64,000 nt of DNA from Octopus vulgaris (GCA_951406725.2 OX597824.1:3968001-4032000); one strand, 5' to 3'. Positions 1 to 14,449 are shown, counted from the stretch's first letter. The notes: generated by a model from the letters alone, not told the origin. Numbers and translations: made by a program.

Positions 1-1735
<1,735 letters not shown>

Positions 1736-1844
1736 GGTGGGTTGTGGTAGTGAGACGAGAACATATGTGCGGAGTTGAGTAGCATATCCTATTTAGTAAA
1801 TGGTGAGATAGGTGTTGCATGGAAATGGTTGAGAGCAGAAGAGA

Positions 1845-2070
1845 GATGAAAGAAGCTGAATAGGAAAAGATGAATAGGAGGAGGAGAAGGAAGAGGGGGA
1901 GAAGAAGAAGGGGCGAGGGCGAGATTAAGAAGGAGGAGAAGTGGGAGGAGGAGGGAGGGAGGAGGGGAACAAGAACAACAACAACAACATCAAGAACAAG
2001 AACAAGAACAAGAGGAACAAGAAGAAGAACAAGAAGAAGAAAAAGAAGGGAAAACAAAAGAAAGAAGAGT
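1845..2070. repeat. Purine-rich (GAG/GAA/GAACAA)n simple repeat
   Basis: Visible short purine repeats. Confidence 0.85.
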
Positions 2071-2886
2071 TTAGATTTATGAAAGCAGAAGAGGAAAATT
2101 GCTTGGTTATATGGAAAGGTAAAAGATAGATTTGTATGTGGGTTGGTGGTAGGAGTGCCTTCCAGTTTTTCAGTAAATACTTATCAAAGTTGTGACCCTT
2201 TTTGTTATTTTCAGACCTTGCATTTGGATATGAAACATTTTTAAGTATTCAACTCTACACAAATCACATATTTTATTTCTGTTATTATAAGACCTGGATC
2301 TTTCATTTGATGTTTAAATTGGTAATATTTTCTTTCAAATGCTTGATACAACAGGACAATATTGAAATATTTCTCTTTTTGTTGAAGAAAACAAGTACAA
2401 TAGAAGAATTGTTTTTAAAAATTGCTCTTGTGCAGTTTTCTGTACTACATCAAGATTTGGTTTAATACATGTAATTGCTGTTTCCTAACTAAGCACTTCA
2501 GTATTACACGAATGAGTTAATGGACAAGTGTGTGCATTTCTGCACGTACAATTATCATCAGTTAATCTAGGAACTTTAGAGATAATTACATTCATTATAT
2601 ATGAAGTGGAGCTGTAATTCAGTTTCAAATTTTAAATAATTTCAATAATTTTCTGCGTCTGCGGTTAATATGGAAATGCTTATGGCACTTTGAGATTTCT
2701 TGTTGTAAGATATTTAAAATATCAATTTTTGTCTATGTTCTTGTAATACATGTCATCGGCCACTTCAAGTAATATCTGCTTTCTCAGTTTTGTTTAAATT
2801 ATGCAAATTAGAAAGGCCACTGCTTTTTTTTATCTGTTTTGTATAAGTCTCTATCCTTTGGCTTCTGGAGATAAAGCTGAACAACT

Positions 2887-2931
2887 GTTGAGCTGATGAA
2901 GGCCATTGAGCCTGAAACTCATGTCTACAAC
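2887..2931 (+). ncRNA. Minimal type I hammerhead ribozyme motif, canonical core
   Basis: GTTGAG-CTGATGA(2893-2899)-AGGC cattga GCCT-GAAA-C tcat GTC-TACAAC. Stems I, II and III pair, and the cleavage triplet is GUC (C at 2925). Confidence 0.75.
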
Positions 2932-3079
2932 TATCTCTTTTCTCCAGATAATAAACTTGTTCCTTACCTCAATGCCAATCTTGAGATCATCTACCCTTCT
3001 CAAGTGGAGGTGGTCATAATTGCCATTTGGCATTTACAGTACATTTTATAGAGGTGGAGATAATTTGAATAAGTTAAGA

Positions 3080-3142
<63 letters not shown>

Positions 3143-3190
3143 TGCACACATACATACATGCATGCATGTATACATACATACATACATATT

Positions 3191-3925
3191 TATAGGGTGT
3201 GGTGAATACATTGTCCTCTAAATTATGCAAAAATGAAAATAACACCAACTTCTCATTTTAACAAATATATATACCATAGTTACATAAAATTATCTTGAAA
3301 TACTAAAGAGTAAATTTATTCAATAAAATCTCCATTGGCTTTAACCATGGCCTCCAGACAAATTTGGAATTTCCTGCAACTCTTCTGGACAGTCTCTTTT
3401 TTTAAGTTGGTGAATGCTGCCACAATCCTTACCTTCAGTTCATCTCCCAAAAGTAGTTTCTTTACATTCTGTTCATGAAAATATAGGAAGTTCATCAAAT
3501 GGATTAAATGATGCAGTTGTTATCGCGGTCTTCAAGAAAAAAAGATCAAAAGTTGTGGAATTATTGTGGAATACCATCACCCTTCATTGCCAGAATATAT
3601 TTGCAAGAATCCTTTACAAAACCATCTCCAACCATTGTGAAGAAGATTCTTCCTGAAACTTAATACAGTTTTCATGCTTCGTGTGACACAACTGATATGA
3701 TTTTCTATGCAAGACAACTTCAAGAAAAAAAAAAAAACAGAGAACAGGAACTTCTTTTCCTTGATATCTATGAATTGGGAAACGGTTTTGACAGTGAACC
3801 AAAAGAAGCCGGTTGTTCTTCAACACTTTTGTTGCCCAAACCACCTCACCGATTTGAGCATGGTTACGTTTTTAATTGAAACAACATTTTATGAACAGTT
3901 GCAAATTGTATGGGGATTGACATAG
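3191..3925 (-). mobile_element. Decayed Tc1/mariner-type DNA transposon (transposase C-terminus and one end)
   Basis: Minus-strand ORF 3316-3498 ends LKVRIVAAFTNL...SCRKFQICLEAMVKANGDFIE*, typical of Tc1/mariner C-termini. TA-TAGGGTGTGG terminus-like sequence at 3191. Confidence 0.6.
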
Positions 3926-3967
3926 GAATGCATTCTTACACCTATGCTCTCTTATATTTACTCCCTT

Positions 3968-4175
3968 ACTCTCTCACTTGTTTCAGTCATTTGACTGTGG
4001 CCATGCTGGAGCACTGCCTTTAGTCAAGCAAATCGACCCCAGGACTTATTCTTTGTAAGCCTAGTACTTATTCTATCAGTCTCTTTTGCCGAACCACTAC
4101 GTGACAGGGACGTAAACACACCAGCATTGGTTGTCAAGCGATGTTGGGGGGACAAACACAGACACACAAACTTAT

Positions 4176-4238
<63 letters not shown>

Positions 4239-4398
4239 TACGACGGGTTTCTTTCAGTTTCCGTCTACCAAGTCCACTCACAAGGCTTTGGTCAGCCCGA
4301 GGCTATAGTAGAAGACACTTGCCCAAGGTGCCATGCAGTGGGACTGAACCCGGAACCATGTGGTTAGTAAGCAAGCTACTTACCACACAGCCACTCCT
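3968..4398 (-). mobile_element. tRNA-derived SINE, family A (full length, CR1-type tail)
   Basis: Minus strand reads GGAGTGGCTGTGTGGTAAG..GGTTCAGTCCC head, internal (TA)/(TG) tract, and tail CAGCATGGCCACAGTCAAATGACTGAAACAAG. Many copies in the window. Confidence 0.9.
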
Positions 4399-4559
4399 AA
4401 TTGTTCTTTAATTTCCTTCAGACAATCCAGGTGTTGGCATCAGATATTGTCTTGATGGTGGATATTTAGCATAAACCAGATTTTGGTCTCTTTGACTCAA
4501 CTAACTTGTTTCTGTTACGCATGCCAGGAACTCCAGCAACCAGTCAACACCTTTACTAG

Positions 4560-4880
4560 TTCATATGACCATTTTAGCTCCACAGGGTACATCAAAATTA
4601 AATCAAGACAGTTGCACTGAAGACAACCTCCCTAATTTCAATATCATCATCTCTGATACATTTCTAGAACTAGTTGACCATTTTCTCAGTCTTAGAAGTA
4701 TTCTATTCAACAAACATATTTCAGAAATGGCTGTGGAACACAGAATTGGATCAGCTGATTCAGCATTTGAAAAACTGGCAAAACATGTCTTTTGAATACA
4801 GACAGCTAATCCCAAAAACACAAACGATGAAGCTGTTGTCATCTGAATATTATTATAAAGTTGTAGAACATGAGCACTTC
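4560..4880 (+). mobile_element. RTE-clade LINE fragment (post-RT region)
   Basis: ORF 4565-4795 LELVDHFLSLRSIL...VEHRIGSADSAFEKLAKHVF resembles the RTE/BovB LEVVDxFxYLGS...EVxxRIxxAxxAFGxL motif. Confidence 0.55.
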
Positions 4881-5505
4881 ATTGTGTATGTGTGTATGTA
4901 TTTATGTATGAGTGTGTGTATGTGTATATATATCTATATATATATATATATATGTATATATAAATGTTTGTGTATGTATATATATGTATATATATTCGTA
5001 TGTGGGTGTATATGTATGTGTATTTGTGAATCTCTCTTTCTTTATATATAGCTTATATTTTTATATGTATGTGTGTGTGTATACACATATGTATTCATAT
5101 ATATATAAATATGTATGTATGAATTTTTCTTTGTAAAATAACACCACCTGTAACAGTATCAAATATCTTATTAAATCAAGATATATTGAAACACTTCTTC
5201 AATAAAATTCTCTATAAATGCCAGACAATCCACCTGTTCTTAGATGTTTCTCTAAACAGTAAGTTCTTAATTAGCTAGACATTTCCTGGCGATATGGTGC
5301 CATACACACTCATTCACAAACATATACACACATTTACAAACATTCAAACATACGCAAACGTCTACAAAGATTATGAAGCAATTAATTTAAGTCCTTTGGC
5401 TTAAAGTATATATATTTATATATTAACGGCTGGGTTCCAATATTTGATTTCTCCTCAGTTCTACCCCCTCTCACACACACACTGTCATATATATGTGTGT
5501 GTATC

Positions 5506-5806
5506 GAGGCGCAATGGCCTAGTGGTTAGGGCAGCAGACTCGCAGTCATAGGATCGCGGTTTCAATTCCCAGGCCGGGCGTTGTGAGTGTTTATTGAGCG
5601 AAAACACCTAAAGCTCCAGGAGGCTCTGGCAGGGTGGTGGTGGCAAACCCTGCTGTACTCTTTCACCACAACTTTCTCTCACTCTTTCTTCTGTTGGCCT
5701 GCTCGCTTAGCCAGCGGGGTGGCGTCATTTGAAGGCTAAAACAATGCGAAGCACATTGTGACCAGTGATGTGTCGCAACATCTGATAGCTTGGTCAGTCA
5801 CGGTGA
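5506..5806 (+). mobile_element. tRNA-derived SINE, family D
   Basis: A-box TGGCCTAGTGG, B-box-like GGTTTCAATTCC, about 300 bp body, ends in (TA)n. Confidence 0.75.
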
Positions 5807-5820
5807 TATATATATATATA

Positions 5821-6100
5821 ACGGGAAGCTTTATGAAAATAAACAAAAGACGAAGGCAGGTGGAGTACAAACAAACAATTGTATTAGTATGGCGCTCAGG
5901 AATATAAATAAAACAAGTCTTTTACGTTTCGAGCCTACACTCTTCAACAGAAAGATACACAGAAAAGAAACACGGAGAGAAACAAGGAGAGAAAAAAAAT
6001 GCATGCAGAAGCTAGCGATTCTGGCCAGAAGTCAGAGACCAAACGTGAGACGCAAGAGCGAAAATAGGGGAGATAACAGGGTCAAATGACTTCGCCCCAA
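5821..6100 (-). mobile_element. Short hammerhead-bearing element (Penelope pLTR/retrozyme-like), A6U family
   Basis: Homologous to 6781-6972, 22123-22310 and 53830-54006. Hammerhead-like motif at 5918-5955 (minus). Flanked by (TA)n. Confidence 0.65.
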
Positions 6101-6300
6101 TATATATATATATACATGTATACACATATATATTTATATATTTATTATTCTTGGTAAGATTCAAATTACAGGGAACTTTTTCCTGTCAAATGTTTCCAGG
6201 GATGACAAATGTAAACTTTCTACTTTTGCTAAAGATGCGTTCTGCAGTTGTCTCACGGGGAAGAAGGCATCACTGATTCAGGATGAGAACATCTCTTTCA

Positions 6301-6747
<447 letters not shown>

Positions 6748-6780
6748 ATATATGTGTGTGTATATATATATATATATATA

Positions 6781-6972
6781 GGGAAAGTTTACGAAAATAA
6801 ACAAAAGACGACGACAGGTGGTGTACAAACAAACAGATGTATTAATATAGTGCTCAGGAATAGAAAAAGTCTTTTATGTTTCGAGCCAAACGCTCTTCTA
6901 CAGAAAGATACACAGAAAAAAACAAGGAGAGAAAAAAAAATGTGTGTAGTAGCTAATGATCTATCATGGCGT
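6781..6972 (-). mobile_element. Short hammerhead-bearing element, A6U family
   Basis: Minus strand 6870-6908 reads TCTTT CTGTAGA A GAGC gtttg GCTC GAA ACAT A AAAGA. Adjacent (TA)n. Confidence 0.6.
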
Positions 6973-7059
6973 CTGTACATACATATATACATATATACAT
7001 ACATGCATGCATACATACATATGTACATACTTACATACATGCATATATATATATATATA

Positions 7060-7278
7060 TGTTTGTCTTGACATCACATGGTTGTGTGTGACTGTCATAA
7101 AAACAGTGACATCCATCTCCAACATTTTGCAAAAACTTGTCTGGTCATTGGGAAATATGTCCTTGCTTGAAAACAAGTGAGGTTTGGCTACAAGAAGGGC
7201 ATCCGGCTGTAGAAAATCTACTGCAATAAATTTCCTTTGACCCTTGCAGGTATGGAAAAGTGGACATTGAAATGACGA

Positions 7279-7300
<22 letters not shown>
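7060..7300 (+). mobile_element. SINE 3' module with RTE-like tail ending (GAT)n
   Basis: GAAGGGCATCCGGCTGTAGAAA...GGAAAAGTGGACATTGAAATGACGATGATG. Homologous to 8930-9145 (minus). Confidence 0.6.
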
Positions 7301-7312
<12 letters not shown>

Positions 7313-7480
7313 GGTTATCAGTGTCGTTATCATTATCATAATAATTGTCATTGTGATGATGATGATGACGATGATAATTATACCTTAGACTGAATATATG
7401 GAATTTCTGGTATACATGTTTAATTGCATCTACTTTCAGGTGATATAATTTCTATGGTTTACCCCCAATAGTTTATACAT

Positions 7481-7712
7481 ATTTCTTTATTACCCACAAG
7501 GGGCTAAACACAGAGGGGACAAACAAGGACAGACAAATGGATTAAGTCGATTACATTGACCCCAGTGCGTAACTGGTACTTAATTTATCGACCCCAAAAG
7601 GATGAAAGGCAAAGTCGACCTCGGTGGAATTTGAACTCAGAACGTAGCAGCAGACGAAATACGGCTATGCATTTTGCCCGGCGTGCTAACGTTTCTGCCA
7701 GCTTGCCGCCTT
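7481..7712 (-). mobile_element. tRNA-derived SINE, family C
   Basis: Minus strand GGCGGCAAGCTGGCAGAAACGTTAGC..GAGTTCAAATTCC..GTCGACTTTGCCTTTCATCC..TAAGTACCAG. Related copies at about 12973, 30490, 42125 and 56773. Confidence 0.85.
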
Positions 7713-8404
7713 ATAGTTTATACAATCTTGGCTCATCCGTCCCAACCAATTAGGTGTATATGACAAGCAAGAAGCAATTTTGTACCCATCTCACATCTGC
7801 ACCCAAGGGTGCCTCCCCCTTTGCTTGTACTCTACCCCTGCATTCTGCTCACACCTCTGCAATCTGCAGGGTCACAAAGGGACCACTTATGTACCTTTGT
7901 CATGGAGGAGAAAAAGAGACTGACTGGATTATTGTTGCTCTATATGTGTTTGATGTAAAGGAGCAAAAACTGCTTACTTGCAAAAATAAAGATGCCCTCC
8001 CATTGAACATGAAAATTTAATGGGTAGATGCCTAGCACAGCATCAGCTCCTGCTTTCAATACAAGGTAAATGTAAAGCAGAGCTTCACTTCACATAATCT
8101 TCAAAATATATGTCTCATGTACAAGCTTAATTAGGTATTAATAATTACGTAGGCAATTAAAATACACAGGGTTTTGTTGACATATGTGAACCAGAATCCA
8201 CAAACGGAAAGCATTTCCAAGGTTTTATTTGGGAATAAAATTAAATTTTTAAGATGCTAAAACATAAGAAAATATATTGAACATTGTAGATGAAATAACC
8301 ACGGTTGTTTAAATCAAATAATTTGATTTTAGGCTTTTGGTTAAGATTATCAGTAGCATATATATAAGATTAGTAGTAGCATATATATATTGCTATATAT
8401 ATAG

Positions 8405-8792
8405 GCAATGATGAAAGACCGAGACCTCTGGAGGTATTCTGTGACTGAGAAGACCCAGCAAATAAAGTGAGTCCACAGCTGTAACCTATACTAGTGTCGC
8501 ATAACCAACCCACTGAAAAAAGTACCTTGGATTGTAGTGTGACATGCCATGCTTGAGGAGACCTGTTGAGTCAAGTACATCAAAATCAAATGGTTGTGAT
8601 CCCTGTGCCAGTGGCACGTAAAAAGCACCCACTACACTCATGGAGCGGTTGGCATTAGGAAGGGCATCCAGCTGTAGAAACACTGCCAGATCAGACTGGA
8701 GCCTGGTGCAGCCTCCATGGCTTCCCAGACCCCAGTCGAACCGTCCAACCCATGCCAGAATGGAAAACAGATGTTAAACGATGATGATGATG
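8405..8792 (+). mobile_element. RTE LINE 3' end (end of ORF plus 3'UTR, (GAT)n tail)
   Basis: Matches 3' portion of the RTE copy at 58658-60525: AAAAGCACCCACTACACTC..GGAAGGGCATCCAGCTGTAGAAAC..TTAAACGATGATG. Confidence 0.8.
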
Positions 8793-8929
8793 ATATTTAT
8801 ATATATATACAGATACACACTCACATATATATAAATATATGTATGTATATATGTATGTATCTCTATGTGTATATACATATATATGTATGTGTGTATGTTT
8901 GTATACGTATGTATCAGTAGCACCCACAT

Positions 8930-9157
8930 TGTTTTAACATCCACTTTTCTATGCTTGTGTTAGTTGGACAGAGTTTATTGAAGCAGATTTCCAGTGGCCG
9001 GATGCCTTTCCTGTCTCCAACTCTTGTTTTCAAGCAAAGCAATATTTTCTCATCCCCAGACATGCTTTTGCAGAATATTAGAAATGAATGACAACTGCTC
9101 GTGTCACAAATGAGCCTCACAACTACCACAGACATGATGTTAAAACGAAGAGTTACA

Positions 9158-9194
<37 letters not shown>

Positions 9195-9395
9195 ACACAC
9201 GTGCACATGTATATATACATACATACATCTATATGATGAGCTTCTTTCAGTTTCTGTCTACCAAATCCACTCACAAGGCTTTGGTCATCTCAGGGCTATT
9301 GTAGATGACATTTGGCCCAAGGTGACATGAACTGGGATTGAACTTGAAACCATTTGGTTGAGAACCAAACACTGTGATTACAAGGACACACCTGC
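8930..9395 (-). mobile_element. SINE with family-A tRNA head and RTE-like tail
   Basis: Family-A head at about 9236-9395, then (TG)n, then the tail module shared with 7060-7300. Confidence 0.65.
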
Positions 9396-9713
9396 ATTTG
9401 TTTTCAATCTGTTTCTTCATAGTAGCATGGATCAGAATGGATTAGATGTGAACTACATGTTAACTGAGGGATTGTTTATACAACTGGAGCTTTTCCTGTC
9501 ACTGACCCTTAACTATTTTTTCAAATAGGGAAGTTTTCATTTCTACACTCATTTATGGAAGTGTAGAGCCACTGGATTATTTGTTAACAGGGAATTGTTA
9601 ACAAATGTCACAGTCTGTATCTAAGTGCTTTTTTTCTTAATGGGAAGCAAGGTGTGTAAACCATTCAGAAAGACACATGCAGACGCACAGACACTCTGAA
9701 CCTGCACCTGCAG

Positions 9714-9748
9714 GTAGTAGTAGTAGTAGTAGCAGCAGCAGCAATAAC

Positions 9749-9789
<41 letters not shown>

Positions 9790-9823
9790 CAGCAGCAATA
9801 ACGGCAGCAACAGCAGCAATAAC

Positions 9824-9894
<71 letters not shown>

Positions 9895-9982
9895 CAGCAG
9901 CAGCAGCAACAGCAGCAACAGCAGCAATGACAGTAGTAGTAGTAGTAGTAGTAGCAGCAGCAACAGTAGCAATAACAGTAGT
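9714..9982. repeat. (AGT/AGC)n trinucleotide repeat
   Basis: Directly visible. Confidence 0.95.
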
Positions 9983-9988
9983 ACTTGT

Positions 9989-10310
9989 GAAGGCGCGTGG
10001 CTTAGTGGTTAAGGTATTTCGCCACGATCGCAAAGTCCTGTGTTCGGTTCCCTGTAGAGCGTTGTGTCCTTGAGCAAGACACTTTACTCTACGTTGCTCC
10101 AGTCCACTCAGCTGGCAAAAATGAGTTGTACCTGTAATTCAAATGGGGTCCAGTCTTGTCACATTTGGTTTGTCATACTGAATTTCTCTGAGAGCCAAGT
10201 TAGGAGTACGCATGTCTGTGGAGTACTCAGCCACTTGCACGTTAATTTCACGAGCCGGCTGTTCCGTTGATCGGATCAACTGGCAACCTCGTCATCTAAC
10301 CGGCAGAGTA
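9989..10310 (+). mobile_element. tRNA-derived SINE, family E
   Basis: GGCGCGTGGCTTAGTGGTTA head and central GTTGCTCCAGTCCACTCAGCTGGCAAAAATGAG shared with 11812-12064. Confidence 0.8.
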
Positions 10311-10473
10311 CCAGTAGTAGTAGTAGCCAATTCTGGTGGTGGTGGTGGTGATAGTAGTAGTAGTAGTAGTGGTAGTAGTAGTAGTAGTAGTGGTGGTGAT
10401 GGTAGTAGTAGTAGTGGTGGTGGTGGTGGTGGTGGTGGTGGTGGTAGTAGTAGTGGTGGTGGTGGTGGTGGTG

Positions 10474-10511
<38 letters not shown>

Positions 10512-10581
10512 GGTGGTGGTGGTGGTGGTGGTGGTAGTAGTAGTAGTAGTAGTGGTGGTGGTGGTAGTGGTGGTGGTGATG

Positions 10582-10678
<97 letters not shown>

Positions 10679-10680
10679 CT
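10311..10680. repeat. (GGT/AGT)n trinucleotide repeat
   Basis: Directly visible. Confidence 0.95.
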
Positions 10681-10978
10681 AATGGCGATGTTGTACTGCT
10701 CTTCCCCCCCTCCCTAATACGGGTATACTCAGAGGAGAGACTGGCTGTTATTTCTAGCCAGTTGAACGACAACGTGGAAGTTTCCATGACAACAGAGGTA
10801 AACAAAACAGAGAGGCGATGATAAAAGTACTGAGAATGGTGGGTGGCAGAGGCGGCGGTGGTGGTGGCAATGGTCGTCGTCGTAGCAGTGGTAGTTGTCA
10901 CTCTAATAGCAACGGCACCCGAGCGATCAGTTGTACACGCGCGCGCGCACGCACCTCAGGCATAAATATTCACATGTA

Positions 10979-11024
<46 letters not shown>

Positions 11025-11066
11025 TACTTATGTGTGTATATCTATATTTATGTGTATACAAATAGA

Positions 11067-11110
<44 letters not shown>

Positions 11111-11811
11111 AAGACAGATAGATATATAGATACAGACACATACACACATTCACACACATTCTATACATACACTCCGCACACACAAACACACGCATATACA
11201 TATATTGAGAAAAATCTAAAAAACCATTCAGAATAAAATGCAACAAAAATAAATGCTATTATGGATAAATAAATAAACAAACAAATAAATAAATAAATAA
11301 ATAAATAAGTAAAAGGCTATTGTTGAGTTGGCGGGGAGTAACTCCGAAACTCTTACCTTATCGATGAGTATTGATCGAGCAGCCAACCAGGTGATAGAGC
11401 AAATCGAACAGTTAACCACTCTAGATCCGTCTCTGACTTAACCAAGTAGAGACGATTTAGTATTGAAATTAAATCATAAACATATTGAGAATTGATTGGT
11501 CGTTTAGTGACGGCAATGAAACAATGTCGTTCGTTTTATTAATACTCGGACCTGTTCGAACTTGTTTCAGCTCCGGGAAAAGAAAAAAAACAGGAAAAAA
11601 AGCAGAAAGACAAAGAAACGAACAAAAACTACTCACGCTTCCACATTAGAGCTTTATGTAGTGTTTTGTCGATCTTTTATTTCCTCTTTCATTCTCTCTT
11701 TCTCAAGGTTAACACGCAACTTCACAACCACCCCTCACTGCCACAGCCATCTCCGTGTACGACCTGCTGGTAATATCAACCAAATATCTCTCGATTTACA
11801 AGTTAAAAAAT

Positions 11812-12064
11812 AATAAATGCGCCCTTTTAAAGCCTAGCCAGGCTCATGGGCCCCGTTTCCCGGTTTCAATGGCGTATGTGTTCCCCAGCTGGACGGGACG
11901 CCTGTCCATCGCAGCGTTACTCATTTTTGCCAGCTGAGTGGACTGGAGCAACGTGAAATGAAGTGTTTTGCTCAAGAACACAACGCGTCACCCGGTTCAA
12001 GAATCGAAACCACAATCTTACGATCATGGTGCCTGACACCCTAACCACTAAGCCACGCGCCTCC
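11812..12064 (-). mobile_element. tRNA-derived SINE, family E variant (different 3' half)
   Basis: Same head and centre as 9989-10310, but continues with GCGATGGACAGGCGTCCCGTCCAG instead. Confidence 0.8.
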
Positions 12065-12422
12065 AACGATTTACAAGTTACTGTTTCTAAAAACAAAGGA
12101 AGAACACATTGGACAAGCGGTAGAATCGTAAGAGAATTGGGGTTTTTTTTATGAGTTCGAATCCTACAGGGAATAACTTTTTTTTTACAGCCTTCTGAAA
12201 TTCATAAATGAAAGGATCAATCTCATGCTGAGGTCGATATAATATTTCTTCAGGGTATTGTGAATATTTGGCACCTGGGTACTGTATAGAATAAGCTCTA
12301 TGGCCATGATTCGTAGCCGAATCACCGGATACGCGGTCAGATATCACGAGTGAACCACCATAGTTTCACGCGATCGGTCTATTAACCGGCTAATCAGCGT
12401 AAAGCGATGGCGTGGACAAGGT

Positions 12423-12442
12423 TTTCTCGAATATTCTAGAAT
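12423..12442. promoter_or_regulatory. Perfect 4-unit heat-shock element (HSF1 site)
   Basis: TTC tc GAA ta TTC ta GAA at 12424-12441, four alternating nGAAn pentamers. Confidence 0.7.
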
Positions 12443-12458
12443 TTGGCTTCCGGTCCTC

Positions 12459-12465
12459 TATAAAA
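12459..12465 (+). promoter_or_regulatory. TATA box
   Basis: TATAAAA 17 bp downstream of the HSE, in a CpG-enriched context and followed by GC-rich CCTCGGCGCGC. Confidence 0.6.
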
Positions 12466-12601
12466 ACCTCGGCGCGCATTTTTACAGGCAGATGGCTCAG
12501 ATAACCAAGAACTTCTGTCGCCATGAAAATAGCACAATTGTTTTCAGATATGCTGGGCAAACCGCATGTTGCCGTGCCAATAGTTTTCTGTAATCTCAGA
12601 G

Positions 12602-12661
<60 letters not shown>

Positions 12662-12972
12662 CTGTAATTATTGCCATCGTTAACTGTAAAGGCCAACGCA
12701 GTTTGTCTTTATGTGCGACTATGCATTCTTCTGTTAAATGTTCGCGGAGCCAAGAACTCAACCGCCCACCGCAGCAACATGGTCGAAACATCATAAGACC
12801 CCTCGCGACAGCTCTGTGTGTTCAAATTCCGTCGAAGTCACTTTTGCCTTTCATCCTTTCGAGGTCGATAAAATTAGTAGCAATTGAGCACCGAAAGCAA
12901 TGTATTCGACTGGCTTCCACCCTTAAAAAATCAGGCCTTGGATCAAAAATTTAAAGCCATTATTATCTTAAA

Positions 12973-13170
12973 GGCGGCAGGTCGGCAGAATCCTTGGTAC
13001 GACAGGCAAAATGCTTGGAGGCATTTCCCCAGGTTTGTTAGGTTCTGAGTTTATGTCCTGCCGATATCAATTTTGCCATTCGTCCTTTTGGGATCGATGA
13101 AATAAAGTACCATTCAAGTACCGGGGTTGATGCTATCGACTTCCTCCGTCTCCTCAAAATTGCTGTGGAA
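12973..13170 (+). mobile_element. SINE family C, diverged (second diverged copy at about 12780-12965)
   Basis: GGCGGCAGGTCGGCAGAATC..GATGAAATAAAGTACC..CTCAAAATTGCTG. Confidence 0.6.
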
Positions 13171-13365
13171 TTTATTGGAGTGCATTTCACGAAACCGATT
13201 ATTTTCAACCTCTGCCTGTTGATAAATCGATTTTTATAGATGAACTTGTGTATTACAAAGTCAGCAGATACATTTAGTGAAGGAGGGGCTTCGATAAAGA
13301 TTCCCAAAAAGAAGAAATGATTTTTGTGACCCAAGTCTAAATGATCCAACTTGTTCCATAGGGGC

Positions 13366-13645
13366 AGGGCTGAATTAAGGGCTGCTGGCGCCCCGAACAA
13401 GATGATTTTTCAGCAGCTTTACAAGTATATTTTTTTCTTCAATGTCAGAAGTAAATACGGAAAATGTAAGAGTTTCCATTACAATTTGGCAATGGAATGT
13501 TCGTTTTTAGCAGAATCACAAAAGTATGGAACAAAATAATGCTTTACAGTATTTCTCTTGAAAGTTCAAAGGTTGCAAAGAGTGAAGTGACGCCCTCGTG
13601 TATGTGGCGGCTCAGCTGAATTCTCAACTACCTTAACCAGCTTTG
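13366..13645. mobile_element. Possible hAT-type MITE
   Basis: Imperfect TIRs CAGGGCTGAATTAAGG and CCTTAACCAGCTTTG. Confidence 0.35.
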
Positions 13646-14449
13646 TACACTGGGCTAAGTTGGAACATGTCATAAGACAAGATGGAACACATCAGTAATT
13701 ATAGAAGAAGTCAAGAATTATGCTGGTGTTATTTCAATTTTCAATTCCAATGATGTATTTCATTGACTTCGACTGTGTGTGATTACCATTTTGTCGCCTT
13801 TAAAAAAAATGGGGTTATCGGTTCACAACATATCTTTGTGTTTTAGTCAGGCTTGCAACCCGAATGATTAATAGGAAACACAAATATCTGTATGTTCTGT
13901 TATACAGAACATGCAGAAAAAACGCGTTGCCCTCACATTCGTGTGTGCATATTTTAGCATCACCTGGCATCGGGAATCTGAGGTCTGCAAAATCTTTGTT
14001 TCAAGATTGTTTTTGTTTCCTCCATTATTTTAGTTCCTTTTATCAATCAGGTCACCATAACAGTGTTCTTTTTCTTCTTCTTTGCAAAATTAACAAGAGC
14101 ATAAATCTCTCTCCCTGCATTCGAAAAGTCCTTACATTCATGCGATTTCATTTCAAACGCCATCATTTTTCTCTCACTTTCAGCATCTAACGTCCATAAT
14201 TTGCACCTCAAAAGTTCAGTTGAAATTACTATTGTTCTTGAAAGGTGAAATTTTTATTGTAATCATTTTATTTTACCAAACAGGATCTCAATTTGGTAAA
14301 ACCGCTGTTGCCTCTGTTTGTAGCATTTTACTTCTTTTTTTGATCTTATATCGTTCTTTTTAAATATATAAATTCACCAATGATCTCATTTTTTATTTTT
14401 ACTTATTATTTTGCATTTTTTATGTACTTCTGTTCCTAAATAATCTTGA

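Noticed and set aside
2520-2570. Minus-strand CTGATGA..GAAA
   Set aside because: Stems I and III cannot be formed convincingly.
12110-12190. tRNA-like GTTCGAATCC followed by poly-T
   Set aside because: No cloverleaf, so probably a decayed SINE head.
12523-12954. 143-aa ORF as an HSP gene
   Set aside because: It runs through (CT)n and SINE sequence and has no chaperone motifs.
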